NCBI RefSeq assembly: GCF_036321535.1
Contig: NC_087436.1
Location: 117,926,001 to 117,990,000, forward strand
Source: Camelus dromedarius
Lineage: Eukaryota
DNA: 64,000 nt
Direction of reading: 5' to 3'
Positions 37,846-50,728 of the stretch are shown in pieces. The notes under the pieces are model-generated. The model was not told the origin of the DNA. It saw nothing but the letters and a program-made list of their open reading frames with translations, and searched no databases. Both the position numbers and the translations under genes were made by a program. Every line of letters begins with the position of its first letter. Within the stretch, counting starts at the first letter, position 1.

Positions 37846-38317
37846 GATCATATATTATCATACTAGTCACAGTAATAGTGTGATAGTAATAATACAATTG
37901 TTAGTTATAATATTAATAATTAAATATTCTATATTAATGTACAATGTTAATAACACTCTTGATAGGATGGTAGGATTGTTGCTCCTACTATTATTGGCAA
38001 GAACTCCATCAGTGTGGGTGATTGTTTTGTTGTTCTCATTACGGGTGTTATCAGAGGTTCCTGAATGTCTCAACAGCTCAAAAGGGGCTATACGGAATAT
38101 TAAAATAATTTTTAAATTGCTTATAATTGCATCAGATACACTTAAAATACTTGGCTTTGTATTTTGCTTCCAATCGCCATTTACACAGGGTGCAGACATT
38201 TTGCACAGCCTCTATCTCTATTATTACAAGCTGTAGGTCGTTTCTGAACCTCCTGTGTGCTGGAGTTGTACTTGGTATCTCATGTGTGTGATAGCTTCCT
38301 TCTAAACTTCAAGGTTC

Positions 38318-39115
38318 TTTTTTTTTTAATTGACACATAGTTCATTTACAATGTTGTATTTGTTTCTGGTGTACAGCATAGTGATTCAGCTACACGTTTA
38401 CATATATTCTTTTTCATTTTAAGTAATTACAAGATATTGACTATCTTCCCTGTGCTATACAGTAGGACATCATTGTTTATCTATTTTATGTATAGTAGTT
38501 TGTATCTGCAAATCCCAAACTCCTAATTTATCCCTCCCCTACCTCTTTCCCCTTTGGTAACCATCAGTTTGTTTTCTATGTCTGTGGGTCTATTTCTGCT
38601 CTTTAAATAAGTTCATTTGTGTCATTTTTTTAAGATTCTACATATAAGTGAGATCATATGGTATTTGTCTTTCTCAGTATGACTTCTTTCACTTAGTATG
38701 ATAATCTCTAGGACCATCCAGATTGCTGCAAATGGCAGTATTTCATAATTTCATTTATTTTCATGGCTGAGTAATATTCCGTTCAAATATTTCACAACTT
38801 CTTTATCCAATCATCTGTTGATGGACACTTAGGTTGCTTCCATGTCTTGGGTTTTGGTAAATAGTGCTGCTGTGAACATTGGGGTGCATGTATCTTTTTG
38901 AATTAGAGTTAACTCTGGATATATGCCCAGGAGTGGGATTCCTGGATCATACGGTAAGTCTATTTTTAGTCTTTTGAGGAATCTCCATACTGCTTTCCAT
39001 AGTGTCTGCATCAAACTACATCCCCACCAGCAGTGTAGTAGGGCTCCCTTTTCTCCACACCCTCTCCAGCATTTATCATTTGTGGACTTTTTAGCAATGG
39101 CCATTCTGACCACTG
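38318..39115 (-). mobile_element. Young L1, 5'-truncated (about 0.8 kb)
   Basis: ORF 38829..39113 ([44 protein letters not shown]) is the L1 ORF2 cysteine-rich C-terminus. Confidence 0.95.
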
Positions 39116-39923
39116 TGAGTTCACAAGGATTCCGAGCCAGGTAGCACTGAGGTCCACTTCACAGATCAAGAAAAGGCTCTGAGACTCGCCTAACGCACAG
39201 GCTTGGTGACAGGCAGAACGCAGGGCTGACCCAGCTTTCTCTGGCTCCAGAGTCCTTCTTTGGGATTATTTCTGTAGGATCAATTCCAGGAGTAAGCGAC
39301 TTCTCTCCTCATCTTCCAACCTCTGTGGTTCCTCTTAGAGCACTGAAGACGTAATAATTCCTCAAAAACTCTACGTCTGGATTGCATTAATGAACAAAAC
39401 AAAGCAACGAGCCCCACCATGGCTTGGAATATTTAAGAAGTTCGGCATCTTCATGCTTTTAATTACTCAAACCAAATGAAGTCGCGGTAGAGTCTGCATT
39501 CAGGTTAAACTGCAGCTGGTTCTGCACCGCTGGCTGCAGGCGGGTGCCTGGGTGGATCCCACCATGGAAGGCGGGGACGGGGACTTGGCTGGGGGAAGGA
39601 GTCTCAGTTCTGCCTCCATCAAGCCCTAGTTGTGGAAGGAGGACCAGGAGCCCATGTATCTGTTTCTCCAAGAATTTTCCTGTCTGTGATCGTCATTTTT
39701 CCCTGGGACTAAATGCTCTGTTTTCCCAGGAGCAGATTCTCCATCAGTTCCCCAGAGCAACCAGGAATGTATCTCAGGGGAGCAGCTGGGGATCTAAATA
39801 AGTCCTGGCTGAAAAGCCGTCACAGAAACCATACAGTGCTTAGAAATAATGGCTTGGGGTAAGAGGCATAGAGGAAGAGTGCATGTAAGGGGTTTAATAA
39901 GAATGGTAAGACTAGTGATAACG

Positions 39924-40016
39924 AGGGAGGACAGCTTGTCCGGGTTTCCTGGGACTGCCCTGGTTTTAAAACTGAAAGGCCAGTGTCCTAGGAAGCCCCT
40001 CCGTGGCGGTCACCCC
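39924..40016. mobile_element. MER81/MER94-like hAT MITE remnant
   Basis: gtccgggtttcctgggactgccctggttttaaaactgaaag...ggtcacccc. Confidence 0.65.
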
Positions 40017-40495
40017 AATAATGAGCATCTCAGACAACTTGAATTCATTCATATAAATCCAAAAGGATCCCTTTGCAACACTTTCTGAGCAATGGCTAAA
40101 ACATGCATTCTGAATCATTTCAGGGAGGGACTCTTTGCCATCCTTGGTTGGTGACACCTGGAAAACCTCAGTGGCTTTCAGGCTTGGCAGTACATCAGAG
40201 CCAGTCTCCTCGGAGACCCATCCCCTGGGACCTCAGGGCTCACCGGAAACCCTGGCATCGCCATCAGCCCCTTGCAATCTGCAAAGTGATCTGTCACCTG
40301 TTACTTCATTTCTGCCTCCCAGCAGCCCAGGGGAGCGGAAGTGGTAGGTATGAAGGTATGAGTCATCTATTTTTCAGATTAGCACACTGAGATTCAGAGA
40401 GGTTAATCTACTTGCCCAAGGTCACCTGGATGGTCGGTGACCCATCTACGGCCAAAAACCAGGTCTGTCTGACTCTATAAATTCTGTGGCCTTTT

Positions 40496-40812
40496 AGAAA
40501 TACTGTATGACATCACTTATATGTGGAATTTAAAAATTTTTAAATAAAATTTTTAAAATACAGCCAGCTAGTGAATATAACAAAAAAGCAGCAGACTCAC
40601 AGATACAGAGAACAAATGAGGTGTCACCCAGTGGGGAAGGAAGGGGCAATTTAGGAGTTGGGGCGTGGGAGGTGTGAACTCTTGGGTTTAAGGAAGCATT
40701 GTGCAACACGGGGAACAGAGCCAATATTTTGTGACAACTGTAAACAAAGTGTAACCTTTAAAAATTGTGTACAAATTAAAAAAATTTTAAACTATATTCA
40801 ATTTAAAAAATG
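40496..40812 (+). mobile_element. L1 3' end of a second subfamily
   Basis: atcacttatatgtggaat...gcagactcacagatacagagaacaaa...aacctttaaaaattgt; TSD tctgtggcctttt / tctgtggtctttt. Confidence 0.85.
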
Positions 40813-41084
40813 TCTGTGGTCTTTTTATTGTAATATCTATTCTTTCTCTGAGTTATTCCCTCACGTGTGAAATCAAGATCTCAGCATTGCATTAGCCAAT
40901 GGCAAGACTCGACTCACAGGAGTCTCCGAGGCACCTGGCTGAGCTGAATCCCCACACACCCAGGCCACGCCATGGGGACAATGGCTTGGCTCCTGGAGCC
41001 TCAGTTCTCCTGAGGAAGTCACTTATGTTTCATGATACTGGCCAGTGTGCAGGGGTGTGGGGGTGCAAAAGAGGGAGGATGGCT

Positions 41085-41348
41085 TTTGAAGGGAGACAGG
41101 GTGCTGTTTGCGAGAACAATGTATAGCAAGATGACTGTACAGATAAAAACACTGTCTCCAATCCTGGAAATCTGCTAAGAGTGTAGATTTCAGGTACTCC
41201 CATCACACACACACAAAGGAGGTGTGTTAATTAGCTTAACACGTTAGTTAGCTTGACTGGGGTCATCACTACACTTTGTGTATTATAGCAAATTAGCACG
41301 TTGCACTCCTTAAATATATACCATTTTTATTAAAAAATTAAAAATAAA
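41085..41348 (+). mobile_element. Older L1 (L1MA-like) 3' end
   Basis: aaatctgctaagagtgtagatttcag...gttaattagctt...ccttaaatatataccatttttatt. Confidence 0.75.
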
Positions 41349-41792
41349 CTTGCTTCTCTCTCTTCTTGGCTATGAGCCTTGACTTCCTCACCTGTAAAAT
41401 GGAGCTGTGGTCCCTCTGCAAGCTGACTGTGAGCAGGAAATGGGACAAAGTGTTGGCAGAATGTAGTATGCCCAGGGGACTGGGAGCTACCTTTCACTGA
41501 GCCAGATGTGGTTCTAAGCACTTTGATGGCTGAAATAATTTAACCTTGAGCGCCTCTCCGCGGGTCAGACGCAGCTCGGCACAAAGGGGCCCAGAGCCGG
41601 GTCGGGCAGGAGCAGCAGAATCACCAGCAAAGACAGAGGGATTCAGGTGGTGTCGTTACTGTTTCTTTTGCTTTCTGATGCCAGATGACTTGCCCAGCTC
41701 TCCATTTTTCTGCTCATCTTCGCCTACACCCCACAATTATTCTGAGTGTGGATCAGGGAAGGAAATGTCCTCTTCCATTATCTCGTAAGAAG

Positions 41793-41938
41793 GTGGTGAT
41801 TCTGAAAGTGTGGTCCTGGGACCACCAGCATCGGCTTCATCAATGAACTTGTCAGAAATGCGAGTGAATTGGAAACTCTGGGGCAGGGTCCGGCTCTCTA
41901 GGGTGTGTAGACGCTCACTCAAGTTTGAGAACCTCTGG
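41793..41938. mobile_element. MER5A-like hAT-Charlie element
   Basis: gattctgaaagtgtggtcctgggaccaccagcatc...cttgtcagaaatgc...aagtttgagaacctctg. Confidence 0.8.
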
Positions 41939-43349
41939 TTCAGGGCCTCTGCCTTGAATTAGGAAGTGGGAGAGCTTAGACTCCAGCTCAGTGCGTCCCT
42001 GGCTGGGGGAACTTATGCAAATCACTTACCCCCCTAGACTCTTTCCTTCTGTTGAGGGCCATGGAGGAACTGAGGACCCCAGAACACCATCCAGCTCTGC
42101 TGTTGTGTTGGTGATGAAGGCAGCATGCTGGGGGGTCCCTGGGCACCGAGCCACGGAGTGGGACCAGTCTGCTAGGTCTCTGCTCCCTGCCACCCAGCCT
42201 GCGGGTCCCCAGCCAAGAACAAAACGACACGTGCTGCCACTTGGTTTTGCAAGGGAGGTGGCCCAGCGCCAGCCCCTGCTAATTGCTAATTTGCACTGAA
42301 ACAGCAAACAAAGCTCCTCGTGTAAATGCCCTGGTTATTTGGCCGGTTCTGCCTCAGAATCCCCCAGTCACCACCCAGGAGGTGGCCCCCAACTCTGGAG
42401 CCATTCACCCCAGGATTCCAGGAGGCGACAGGGCCAGGGGCGCTCACCCAGCCCCTGGAAAAGCCAGCCTCTCTCAGCAGCTAATTGGCAGGGGGAGGGC
42501 TTGCTGGTGCTCTGTTCTTTTTCTTGCCCATGTTTATGCCTCACCCTGAGGAAAAGAAAGCAATGATTTCTCTCTCAGGGGCACAGAGCTTTCCAGAAAA
42601 AGCAGGAGAGGGGAGAAAAGAGAAAGAGCCCCAACTTGTAACTCTGAGACTTAGCCAAGTCTTTCAGTCCCGCTGAGGCTCACTTCCACGTCTGAAACTC
42701 AGGGGGCCCCTGGTACCTCCCCAGCACATGAGACCCAGGTAGAATTGCCTTGAACCTGCATTCCACTGCCCGTTGGAACCGCAAACCCCAAGTCTCCCTG
42801 GGAGTCTGTTAATCCCTGGTTTCACATCATTTTCCCGGCGATACCCTGATGCACAGAGCTCAGCTCCGTCGCCGGGTCCCCTAAGAAAAAAGAAACCCAC
42901 AGGCTCCAAGCTTTCGACCATTTTGCAGCATTGACAGACGACTGGCAGAGGGTGGAGAGGGTTATAATGAAGTTACATGGTGCGTCCCACCTTCTGCCCC
43001 CAACTTGTCACATGCAGCCTCCCCAGATCTCAGAAGTTGGTGTGCCAGCTCTCACCTGGGCTCCCAGGGCCTCCCTCACCCTGAGCAAACCCATCAGGCC
43101 ATTCTCCCAGCAAGGAACTCAGGTCCAAGAGAATGAACTTTCCCTCATCTGATTACAAGTCATCATGAAAACAGTCTAAGTCCCTGCCCTCTGGGAAGCT
43201 TACATTTCAGTGGGAGGAAAACGAAGAACATGTTATTATAGAACAGCTCAAGGGGCGGTAAGAGCCAGTGTGCTTGGGTTTGGAGGGATTCCCTTAACCT
43301 GTGCTTTTTTGCCCCGCCCACGGGCATAGCACGTAAGCTCCACGAGACG

Positions 43350-45280
43350 GAGTTTTTTGTAATCAGTTTTATTGAGTATTACTGATATGCTCCGAACTGC
43401 ACAGAAAGTATACAGTTTGAGAAGTTTCCACATACGTACATACTCGTGAAACCACCACCAGGGTCCAGAGAGTGGACGGATCCGTCACCCTCACGCTTCT
43501 TTATGTTCCCTTGCAAAGTCTGTGCTCCTTCCCTCTGTCCCCACCGAGACGGTAGGCAACCACTGGCTTGCTCTCTGTTACTGTAGATTACTTTGCATCG
43601 TCTGGAGTTTTATATAAATGAAATCATTCTGTAGGTCTTCCTGTGTCTGGCTTATTTCACTCAACAGAATTATTTTGAGATTCATCACTGTGGTTGTATC
43701 CATCAAGAGTTCATTTGTTTGGTTTACTGAGCATATTCCACTGTGTGGATAGACCACAATTTGCTTGTGCTTTTATCTGCCGATGGACATTTGGATTGTT
43801 CTAACTTTTTGACTATTAAGAACAAAGCCACATTGTGCTGTACACCAGAAACTGACACATTGTAATTGATTGTACTTCATTTTGTAAAAAAAGGATATCA
43901 AAATTAAAAATAAAGCTGTTATTCAATATCTTGTAGTAGCCTATAATGGAAAAGAATGTGGAAAGGAATATATGTATGTGTAAGTATGACTGAAACACGA
44001 TGCTGTACACCAGAAATTGACACATTGTAAACTGACTATGCTTCAGTAAAAAAAGAAAAAACAATTTGAAAACTTTTAGCTTAGATTTTTTAATAGACAT
44101 ATGATCTGCAAGTAATTAAGGTTTTATCTCCTCTTTTCTAAAAATAAATAAATAAATAAAGTTGCTATAGACAATTACACACAGGTCTTCACCCAGATGC
44201 ATAGTTTCATTTATCATGAGTAAATACCTAAGGGTGGAGTGACTAGATTATATGGTAGATTTATGTTTAACATAAAAAAAGGAAAAACCCTGCTAAACTG
44301 ATTTCCAAAATAACTGCACCATTTTACATCCTCACTAGTGGCGTGTCAGTGTTCCAGGTCCTAGCCCAAAGCTGGTATTACCAATCTTTTACATTTAGAC
44401 ACTTCGGTAGGTATGCAGTGGTATCTCATTGTGGTTTAATTTGTATTTCCTAATGATCAATAGTGCTGAGCATCTTTTCATGTGTTTATTTGCCATTCAC
44501 ATATCTTCCTGAGAGAAGCATATGTTCGATATTTTGCCCATTTAAAACCTTAGGTTATTTGTTTTCTCATCATTAAGTGTTAAGGGCTCTTTATATGTTC
44601 TGGAGACGTGCTTGGCAAAGATTTGTTTTCCTGCCTGTGGTTTGTCTTTTTATTCTCAACAGTCTCATTGGAAGAGCATGAGTTTTAAATTCTGACAAAA
44701 TCCAAGTCATCATTTTTCTCTTATGAATTGTGCTTTTGGTGTCACATCTAAAACATTGCCTACCCAACGTCACGCAAATTTTCTTCAGTGTTTTCTTTTA
44801 GATGCTTCATGGCTTTAGGAATTACATTCAGGTCTATGATTTACTTTGCTTCACTATTGTATGTGGTACCAGGTAGAGATCAAAGTTCATTTTGTGGCAT
44901 AAGGATGACCTATTGTTCCAGCGCTCATTGTTGAAAAGACTTTGTTTCACTGAACTGTCTTTGTTCCTTTGTTGAAAATCAACTGACCATGTATGTATGT
45001 CTCTACATGTGGACTCTATTCTGTTCCATTGGTTTATTTGCCTGTCTTTATACCAATAATGCATGTCATGATTAGCATAGATTTATAATATCTTGAAATC
45101 AAGTAGTGTAGGTCCTATAACTTTATTCTTCTTTTTTTTCCAATTATTTTGGCTATCTTAGGTTTTTTACACTTCTATATGAATTTTAGAATTGGTTGAT
45201 CAGTTTCTGCCAAACAACCTGCTGGGAATAAACGGGGAAAGGCTTAAATCTATAGATCAATTTGGGGAGAATTGACATCA
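43350..45280 (-). mobile_element. Old L1M element (3' end plus ORF2 remnants) with nested young L1 stubs
   Basis: ORF 44834..45064 (YWYKDRQINQWNRIES) and 45186..45401 (ILPKLIYRF) are ORF2 remnants; 3'UTR lies at about 43350-43800. Confidence 0.85.
43830..44160 (+). mobile_element. Two tandem young L1 3' stubs, the second with an extra 78-bp segment and second tail
   Basis: tgctgtacaccagaaa(c/t)tgacacattgtaa...cttca-polyA occurs twice; the target motif aa(c/t)aaag(c/t) occurs three times. Confidence 0.8.
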
Positions 45281-45319
45281 AACCATATAGAGTCTGACTG
45301 TACTTCAATAAAAAAGTTT

Positions 45320-45560
45320 CTGCTACTATGTCTTTAATTTTACTAATATTTTCTTCTGCAATATCAAATCTGCCATCAATCATATCCAGTGTATTGTTCA
45401 TCCCAGACGTTGAACTTTTTAGCTCTAGAAGTTAAATTTAGGTTTTTAAAAATACGTTTTATGTTGCTTCTTAATATGCTCAATTTTTTACCTAGATTTT
45501 TGAACATATGGAATATATGGACTAGTTTTGATCTCATTTCTGGTACTGTTTCTATTGATT
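45320..45560 (-). mobile_element. Old L1 ORF1 fragment
   Basis: MNNTLDMIDGRFDIAEENISKIKD matches the L1 ORF1 coiled coil (cf. MKNTLDGINSRLDTAEEKISELED). Confidence 0.8.
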
Positions 45561-45569
45561 GATTTGCTG

Positions 45570-46837
45570 GTAAAGGCTCACACTGAAGCAAGGAGCATCT
45601 GTATTGCCTGAGATAATACCTAAATCATCGTAGATACACTAGTAGTAGAAATACGGATGTTAAAGATCCTGCTGGCGAAGGCTCAGAAGGAAATGAAGAT
45701 GTGTTACTGGGAACTGGAATAAAGGAGATCCTTATAACACAGTGGCAGAAGACTTAGTGGGTTGGGGCCCACAGGTACATGGAAAGCAGAACTTATCAAT
45801 TATGAAACTGGACATTTAGCTGAGGAGATTTCTAATCAAAGAGTTAATGCTCTGGTCTGGTTTCTTCTCGTGGCTTATAGTAAAATGTGAGAGGAAAGAA
45901 ATAAATTAAAGGAAGAATGTTAAACTAAAAGAAAACAGGACTTTATAATTCAGAAAATTCTCGGCCTATCCAGATTGTAGAAGACACTAAAGCTAAGGTA
46001 TTCACTGTCAGGAAAGTATGTTTTAACAACCTTTTGCGGATGCCTCAGAATATTCAGTTACACAAAAGACTCTGAAGAGATTAAAGATCTGACTCTTAGA
46101 TTCCCTCAGATGTCTCAGAAAAGCCAAAAATAGATAAGATTATTTAGGAAGAATCTGTGGAGAATCTTCCTGACTGATGGAGTGAATCCCTAAGACATAC
46201 AGGGGAGATCTGCAAGGTTTTTGAGAATTTTATACTAGTAGAAACGCTGCCGGCTTGGACTGAAAAGAATAGAGAGAGTAGGAAATGACAGAAGGCTGTT
46301 GGACCCTCAAAATTCTAAAGATAAGAAACATTGATAAAACCACTCAGCTGCAAACACATGCTACCATTCTTGAAAAAGGAAGGAAGACCCAGAAGGAAGG
46401 AAGACCCACGAAGCACAGAGAATTATTCCCAGGCCTTGAAACCTAACGGTGTCTGTCCAGCTGGATTTCAAAGTTTTCTTGGAACTAGGTCTCCTTTTTC
46501 CCTTCCATTTCTCCTCTATTCAACCAGAATTGTCTGTCTGCCCTGCCGCTGTATTTTGGGAGTGACCTGTGATTTCACAGGTCAGGTGGAGACGAATTTT
46601 GCTTTATGATGGTTACACTTAGAGTTCTACCCATATCTCACTTAGATGACTTTGATGTTGAAATTTGGGCTTCTGAGATGAAATTCAGATGAGATTTTGA
46701 AATACAAGTTGATGCCATAACAGGTTGAAAACTTTGGGCACCTTGGGATGGGATGAATATATTTTGCATGTGGGATGAATATACACCTTTGTAGGCCTGA
46801 AGGCAGACTGTAGTAGACAGCGTAATGGCTCGCCAAT
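45570..46837 (+). mobile_element. MaLR internal region (MLT1-int) plus start of 3' LTR
   Basis: gaaggctcagaaggaaatgaag...ggaactggaataaaggagatccttat...gtggcagaagactt...ttagctgaggagatttctaa; ends gggatgaatatattttgcatgtggg...ggcagac then tgtagtagacag LTR start at about 46809. Confidence 0.8.
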
Positions 46838-46899
46838 AATTTTATTTGTATTAGTATTTAATAGAGATGATCAGGAAGCTTTATCTCTGCTCACCCTAT

Positions 46900-47800
46900 C
46901 CCTGTCTTACATTCTTTTATGTCAGTATTTTAGCTATATGTCTAGCTTTACGGTTGGCTTTGATTTTCTTTTTAACCTTCAAATCATATATTATTTTTAC
47001 CATTTCACACAAGCAGTGACTGTTTAGACCATTACACATTTACTGGGATTTTTGCTTCTCACCATTCCTTTTGGTATCTCAGGTGGCTTTTCTGGAATTA
47101 TTTCCTTTTTTCTTGAAATACGTAATTTAAAAATTTTGGTAGTAAGTGTATGCTTGTGATAAACTCTCAATTTTATTTTCTAAAAATGTCATTATTTTAC
47201 CTAATATTGAACAGTATTTCAACTAGAGGGGGACTGTTAGTTGATTTGTCTTTTCTTAGTATTTTGAAGATTTTATTTCATTATCTTGTCATCTCTGCTG
47301 TTGCTATTAGGAAATCTCTTATCAGTTTAGACTTTATTCCTTGGTAAGTAACTTGTCATTTTTCTCTGGGTGTTTTTAATATTTCTCCACTTCCCCTTCC
47401 CTCCCTGATCCCTCCACTCTCTTTCTCTCTTCCTTTTTGTATTCTGAAGTTTCATTGTTATGTGCCTAGAAAGGGACCTCCTCTTTTCCTTTCCTGTGTG
47501 ATCCTACTTGTAATCTCTTGTGTTTACTGGACATAAGAGTTTGTGTCTTCCATCAATTCCAGAAAATTCTTACATACTACATAATATTTATTATACGATT
47601 TTTCTTCATTCTCTTTCTATCATCTCCTTCTGGAGCTATATGTTAGAACTGCTCATTGTCATCTTTGTCTACTGACCTCTATTCCATTTTGTCTCACCGT
47701 GCAATGTTCTGCTCACCAGATTCAGATCTGTCTCCCGGTTGACCAGTTTACGCATCAGCTTTTATAGTTTGCTCTTGAACATGTCGAGTGAAGGCATTTT
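46900..47800 (-). mobile_element. Very old L1M 5'-region remnant
   Basis: ttttgaagattttatttcattatctt...tgctgttgctattaggaaatct...ttctgaagtttcattgttatgtgcctag...tcttccatcaattccagaaaattc. Confidence 0.6.
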
Positions 47801-48003
47801 ATGTTTTACATTTATTTTTAAATTTAAAATTATTTTTTGTAAAAATATTCAAACATACAGAAAGATCGAAAGAATTCAATAGTGAGCAACCCATCCCATT
47901 AAGACTTAACAATTAATATTTTACTTTAGTATTGCTATGTCACACATATATCCATATATCCACCTCTGTATCCATCCATAAATTCACCCAAATTAAAAAA
48001 AAA

Positions 48004-49850
48004 GTTTTTTATTGAGTTATAGTCAGTTTACAATGTTGTGTCAATTTCCAATGTAGAGTACAATTTTTCAGTTATACATGAACTTACATATATTCATTGT
48101 TGCATTCTTTTTCTCTGTGTGCTATGACAAGATCTTGTATATATTTCCCTGTGCTATACAGTATAATCTTGTTTATCTATTCTACATATGTCTGTCAGTA
48201 TCTACAAATTTCAAACTCCCAGTCTGTCCCTTCCCATCTCCCTACCCCTTGGCAACCACAAGTTTGTATTCTATGTCTATGAGTCTGTTTCTGTTTTGTA
48301 TTTATGTTCTTTTTTGTTTGTTTTTAGATTCCACATATGACGGATCTCATATGGTATTTTTCTTTCTCTTTCTGGCTTACTTCACTTAGAATGACATTCT
48401 CCACCCATGTTGCTGCAAATGGCATTATGTTGTCATTTTTATGGCTGAATAGTATTCCATTGTATAAATATACCACATCTTCTTTATCCAGTCATCTGCC
48501 AATGGACATCTAGGTTGTTTCCATGTCTTGGCTATTGTAAATAGTGCTGCTATGAACATTGGGGCGCTGGTATATTTTTGAAGTAGGGTTTCTTCTGGAT
48601 ATATGCCCAGGAGTGGGATTCCTGGGTCATATGGTAAGTCTATTCCTAATCTTTTGAGGACTCTCCATACTGTTTTCCACAGTGGCTGCACTAAACTGCA
48701 TTCCCATCAGCAGTGTAGGAGGGTTCCCTTTTCTCCACAGCCTCTCCAGCATTTGTCATGTGTGGACTTTTGAATGATGGCCATTCTGACTGGTGTAAGG
48801 TGATACCTCATTGTAGTCCTGATTAGCATTTCTCTGATAATTAGTGATATTGAACATTTTTCATGTGCCTATTGATCATTTGTATTTCTTCCTTGGAGAA
48901 CTGCTTGTTTAGGTCTTCAGCCCATTTTTGGATTGGGTTGTTTGTTTTTTCTTATTAAGTCATATGAGCTGCTTATATATTCTGGAGATCAAGCCTTTGC
49001 CGGTTTCATCTTTTGCAAAAATTTTTTCCCATTCTGTAGGTTGTCTTTTTGTTTTGCTTATGGTTTCCTTTGCTGTGCAGAAGCTTGTAAGTTTCATTAG
49101 GTCCCATTTGTTTATTCTTGCTTTTATTTCTATTTCTTGGGTAGACTGCCCTAGAAGAACATTTTTGAGATGTATGTGAGATAATGTTTTGCCTATATTT
49201 TCTTCTAGGAGGTTTATTGTATCTTGTCTTATGTTTACATCTTTGATCCATTTTGAGTTTATTTTTGTGTATGGTGGGAGGGAGTGTTCTAGCTTCATTG
49301 ATTTACATGCTGCTGTCCAGTTTTCCAAACACCATTTGCTGAAGAGACTGTCTTTATTCCATTGTATATTCTTGCCTCCTTTGTCGAAGATTAGTTGACC
49401 AAAAGTTTGTGGGTTCATTTCTGGGCTCTTTATTTTGTTCCACTGGTCCTTATGTCTGTTTTTGTACCAATACCATTCTGTTTTCATTATTGTAGCTCTA
49501 TAATATTGTCTGAAGTCTGGGAGAGTTATTCCTCCAGCTTCTTTATTTTTCTTCAGTAATGCTTTGGCAATTCTAGGTCTTTTGTGGTTCCATACAAATT
49601 TTATTATGATTCGTTCTAGCTCTGTGAAATATGTCCTGGGTAATTTGATAGGGATTGCAGTAAATCTGTAGATTGCCTTGGGCAGTGTGACCATTTTAAC
49701 AATATTGATTCTTCCAATCCAGGAGCGTGGGATATCTTTCCATTTTTTTAAGTCTTCTTTTATTTCCTTAATCAATGGTTTATAGTTCTCCGTGTATAAG
49801 TCTTTCACCTACTTGGTTAGATTTATTCCTAGGTAATTTATTACTTGGTG
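48004..49850 (-). mobile_element. Young 5'-truncated L1 (about 1.85 kb)
   Basis: 3'UTR plus ORF2 C-terminal half; probable TSD cacccaaatt / catccaaatt; inserted into an older L1ME-like fragment. Confidence 0.97.
48960..49808 (-). pseudogene. Open 282-aa segment of L1 ORF2 (post-RT region), non-functional truncated copy
   Basis: [38 protein letters not shown]...[14 protein letters not shown]...[11 protein letters not shown] is canonical ORF2; no EN or RT core, and a stop follows. Confidence 0.95.
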
Positions 49851-49854
49851 CTAC

Positions 49855-50420
49855 ATCCAAATTTGTTGATGCATTTTAAGGCAAACTACAGACACCTGTA
49901 CTCTTTTCCTAAATATGTCAGCAGGCATATCAGCGCCTAAATTTTAACATTCGTTTATAGATTTTTCTTTTGATATAAAGTATACATACAATAAAACACA
50001 CAAATCTTAAGACTCCTTCTGGTGAGTTTTAACAAATACATACACTTACATAACCCAAAACTTTATCAAGATGTAGAACATTACCCCCAATACTCCTCAT
50101 GCCCCTTCTCAGTCAGTCCATGACCCCCACCTCCAAAGGCAACTTCTGTTTTCTTCTGTCATAGATTAGATTCACCTGTTATAGAAATGTCATATAAATC
50201 GAATCCTACACTACGTATCCTTTTGTATAAGGCTTCTTTCACTCACAAAATACTTTAGAAATTACCCTTGTTTGGCAGCTTTAACAGTAGTTCATTTTTT
50301 AAATTTCCTGAGTTCTATACCATTCTCTAATACCACAGCTTGTTGACCTGTGTTCCTCTTAGTGGACACATAGGATATCTCCAGTCTTGGCTGTGAAGAA
50401 TAAGGTTACTATAAACATTC
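49855..50420 (-). mobile_element. Old L1ME/MD-like 3' fragment
   Basis: tatacatacaataaaacacacaaatcttaag...tatcaagatgtagaacatt...ggcttctttcactca...tccagtcttggct. Confidence 0.7.
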
Positions 50421-50441
50421 AGGGATTTTTTAAAATTATTT

Positions 50442-50728
50442 TATGTTAAATTTATGGCATTGATTGGGAAAAAGTGGGGCCTTGAAAATTGGATCATGGA
50501 CATATGGGCAGATTCCAATGACAACCTTGAGCTCCTTAACATTGCCAAGCGTCTTTTGTGAGCAGAAGCAGCCCTTTCTCCCCTATCTGAGGAGGTTAGC
50601 CTCCTGTTCCCTGAAATTCCAGTGCTGTTTCCTGCAGTCACTGCCAATCAGGGACTGCTGATCCTTCTCAAGACCCCCTCCAACTACCTTTCATTGTTTC
50701 TAAGTCAATAATCATACTCAAAACCTGG
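50442..50728 (+). pseudogene. gag: Orphan ERV-L gag N-terminal fragment
   Basis: Translates VKFMALIGKKWGLENWIMDIWADS...SEEVS..., then after a frameshift ADPSQDP (cf. ERV-L VKVRALIGKEWDPE.W.GD.W.DP...SEEIN...ADSPQDP). Confidence 0.75.

Noticed and set aside
37867..38236. Hydrophobic membrane-protein-like ORFs
   Set aside because: AT-rich low-complexity DNA; no recognisable domain or splice context.
48960..49808. Longest ORF (282 aa) as a host or domesticated gene
   Set aside because: Canonical L1 ORF2 segment inside a 5'-truncated copy; openness reflects young age.
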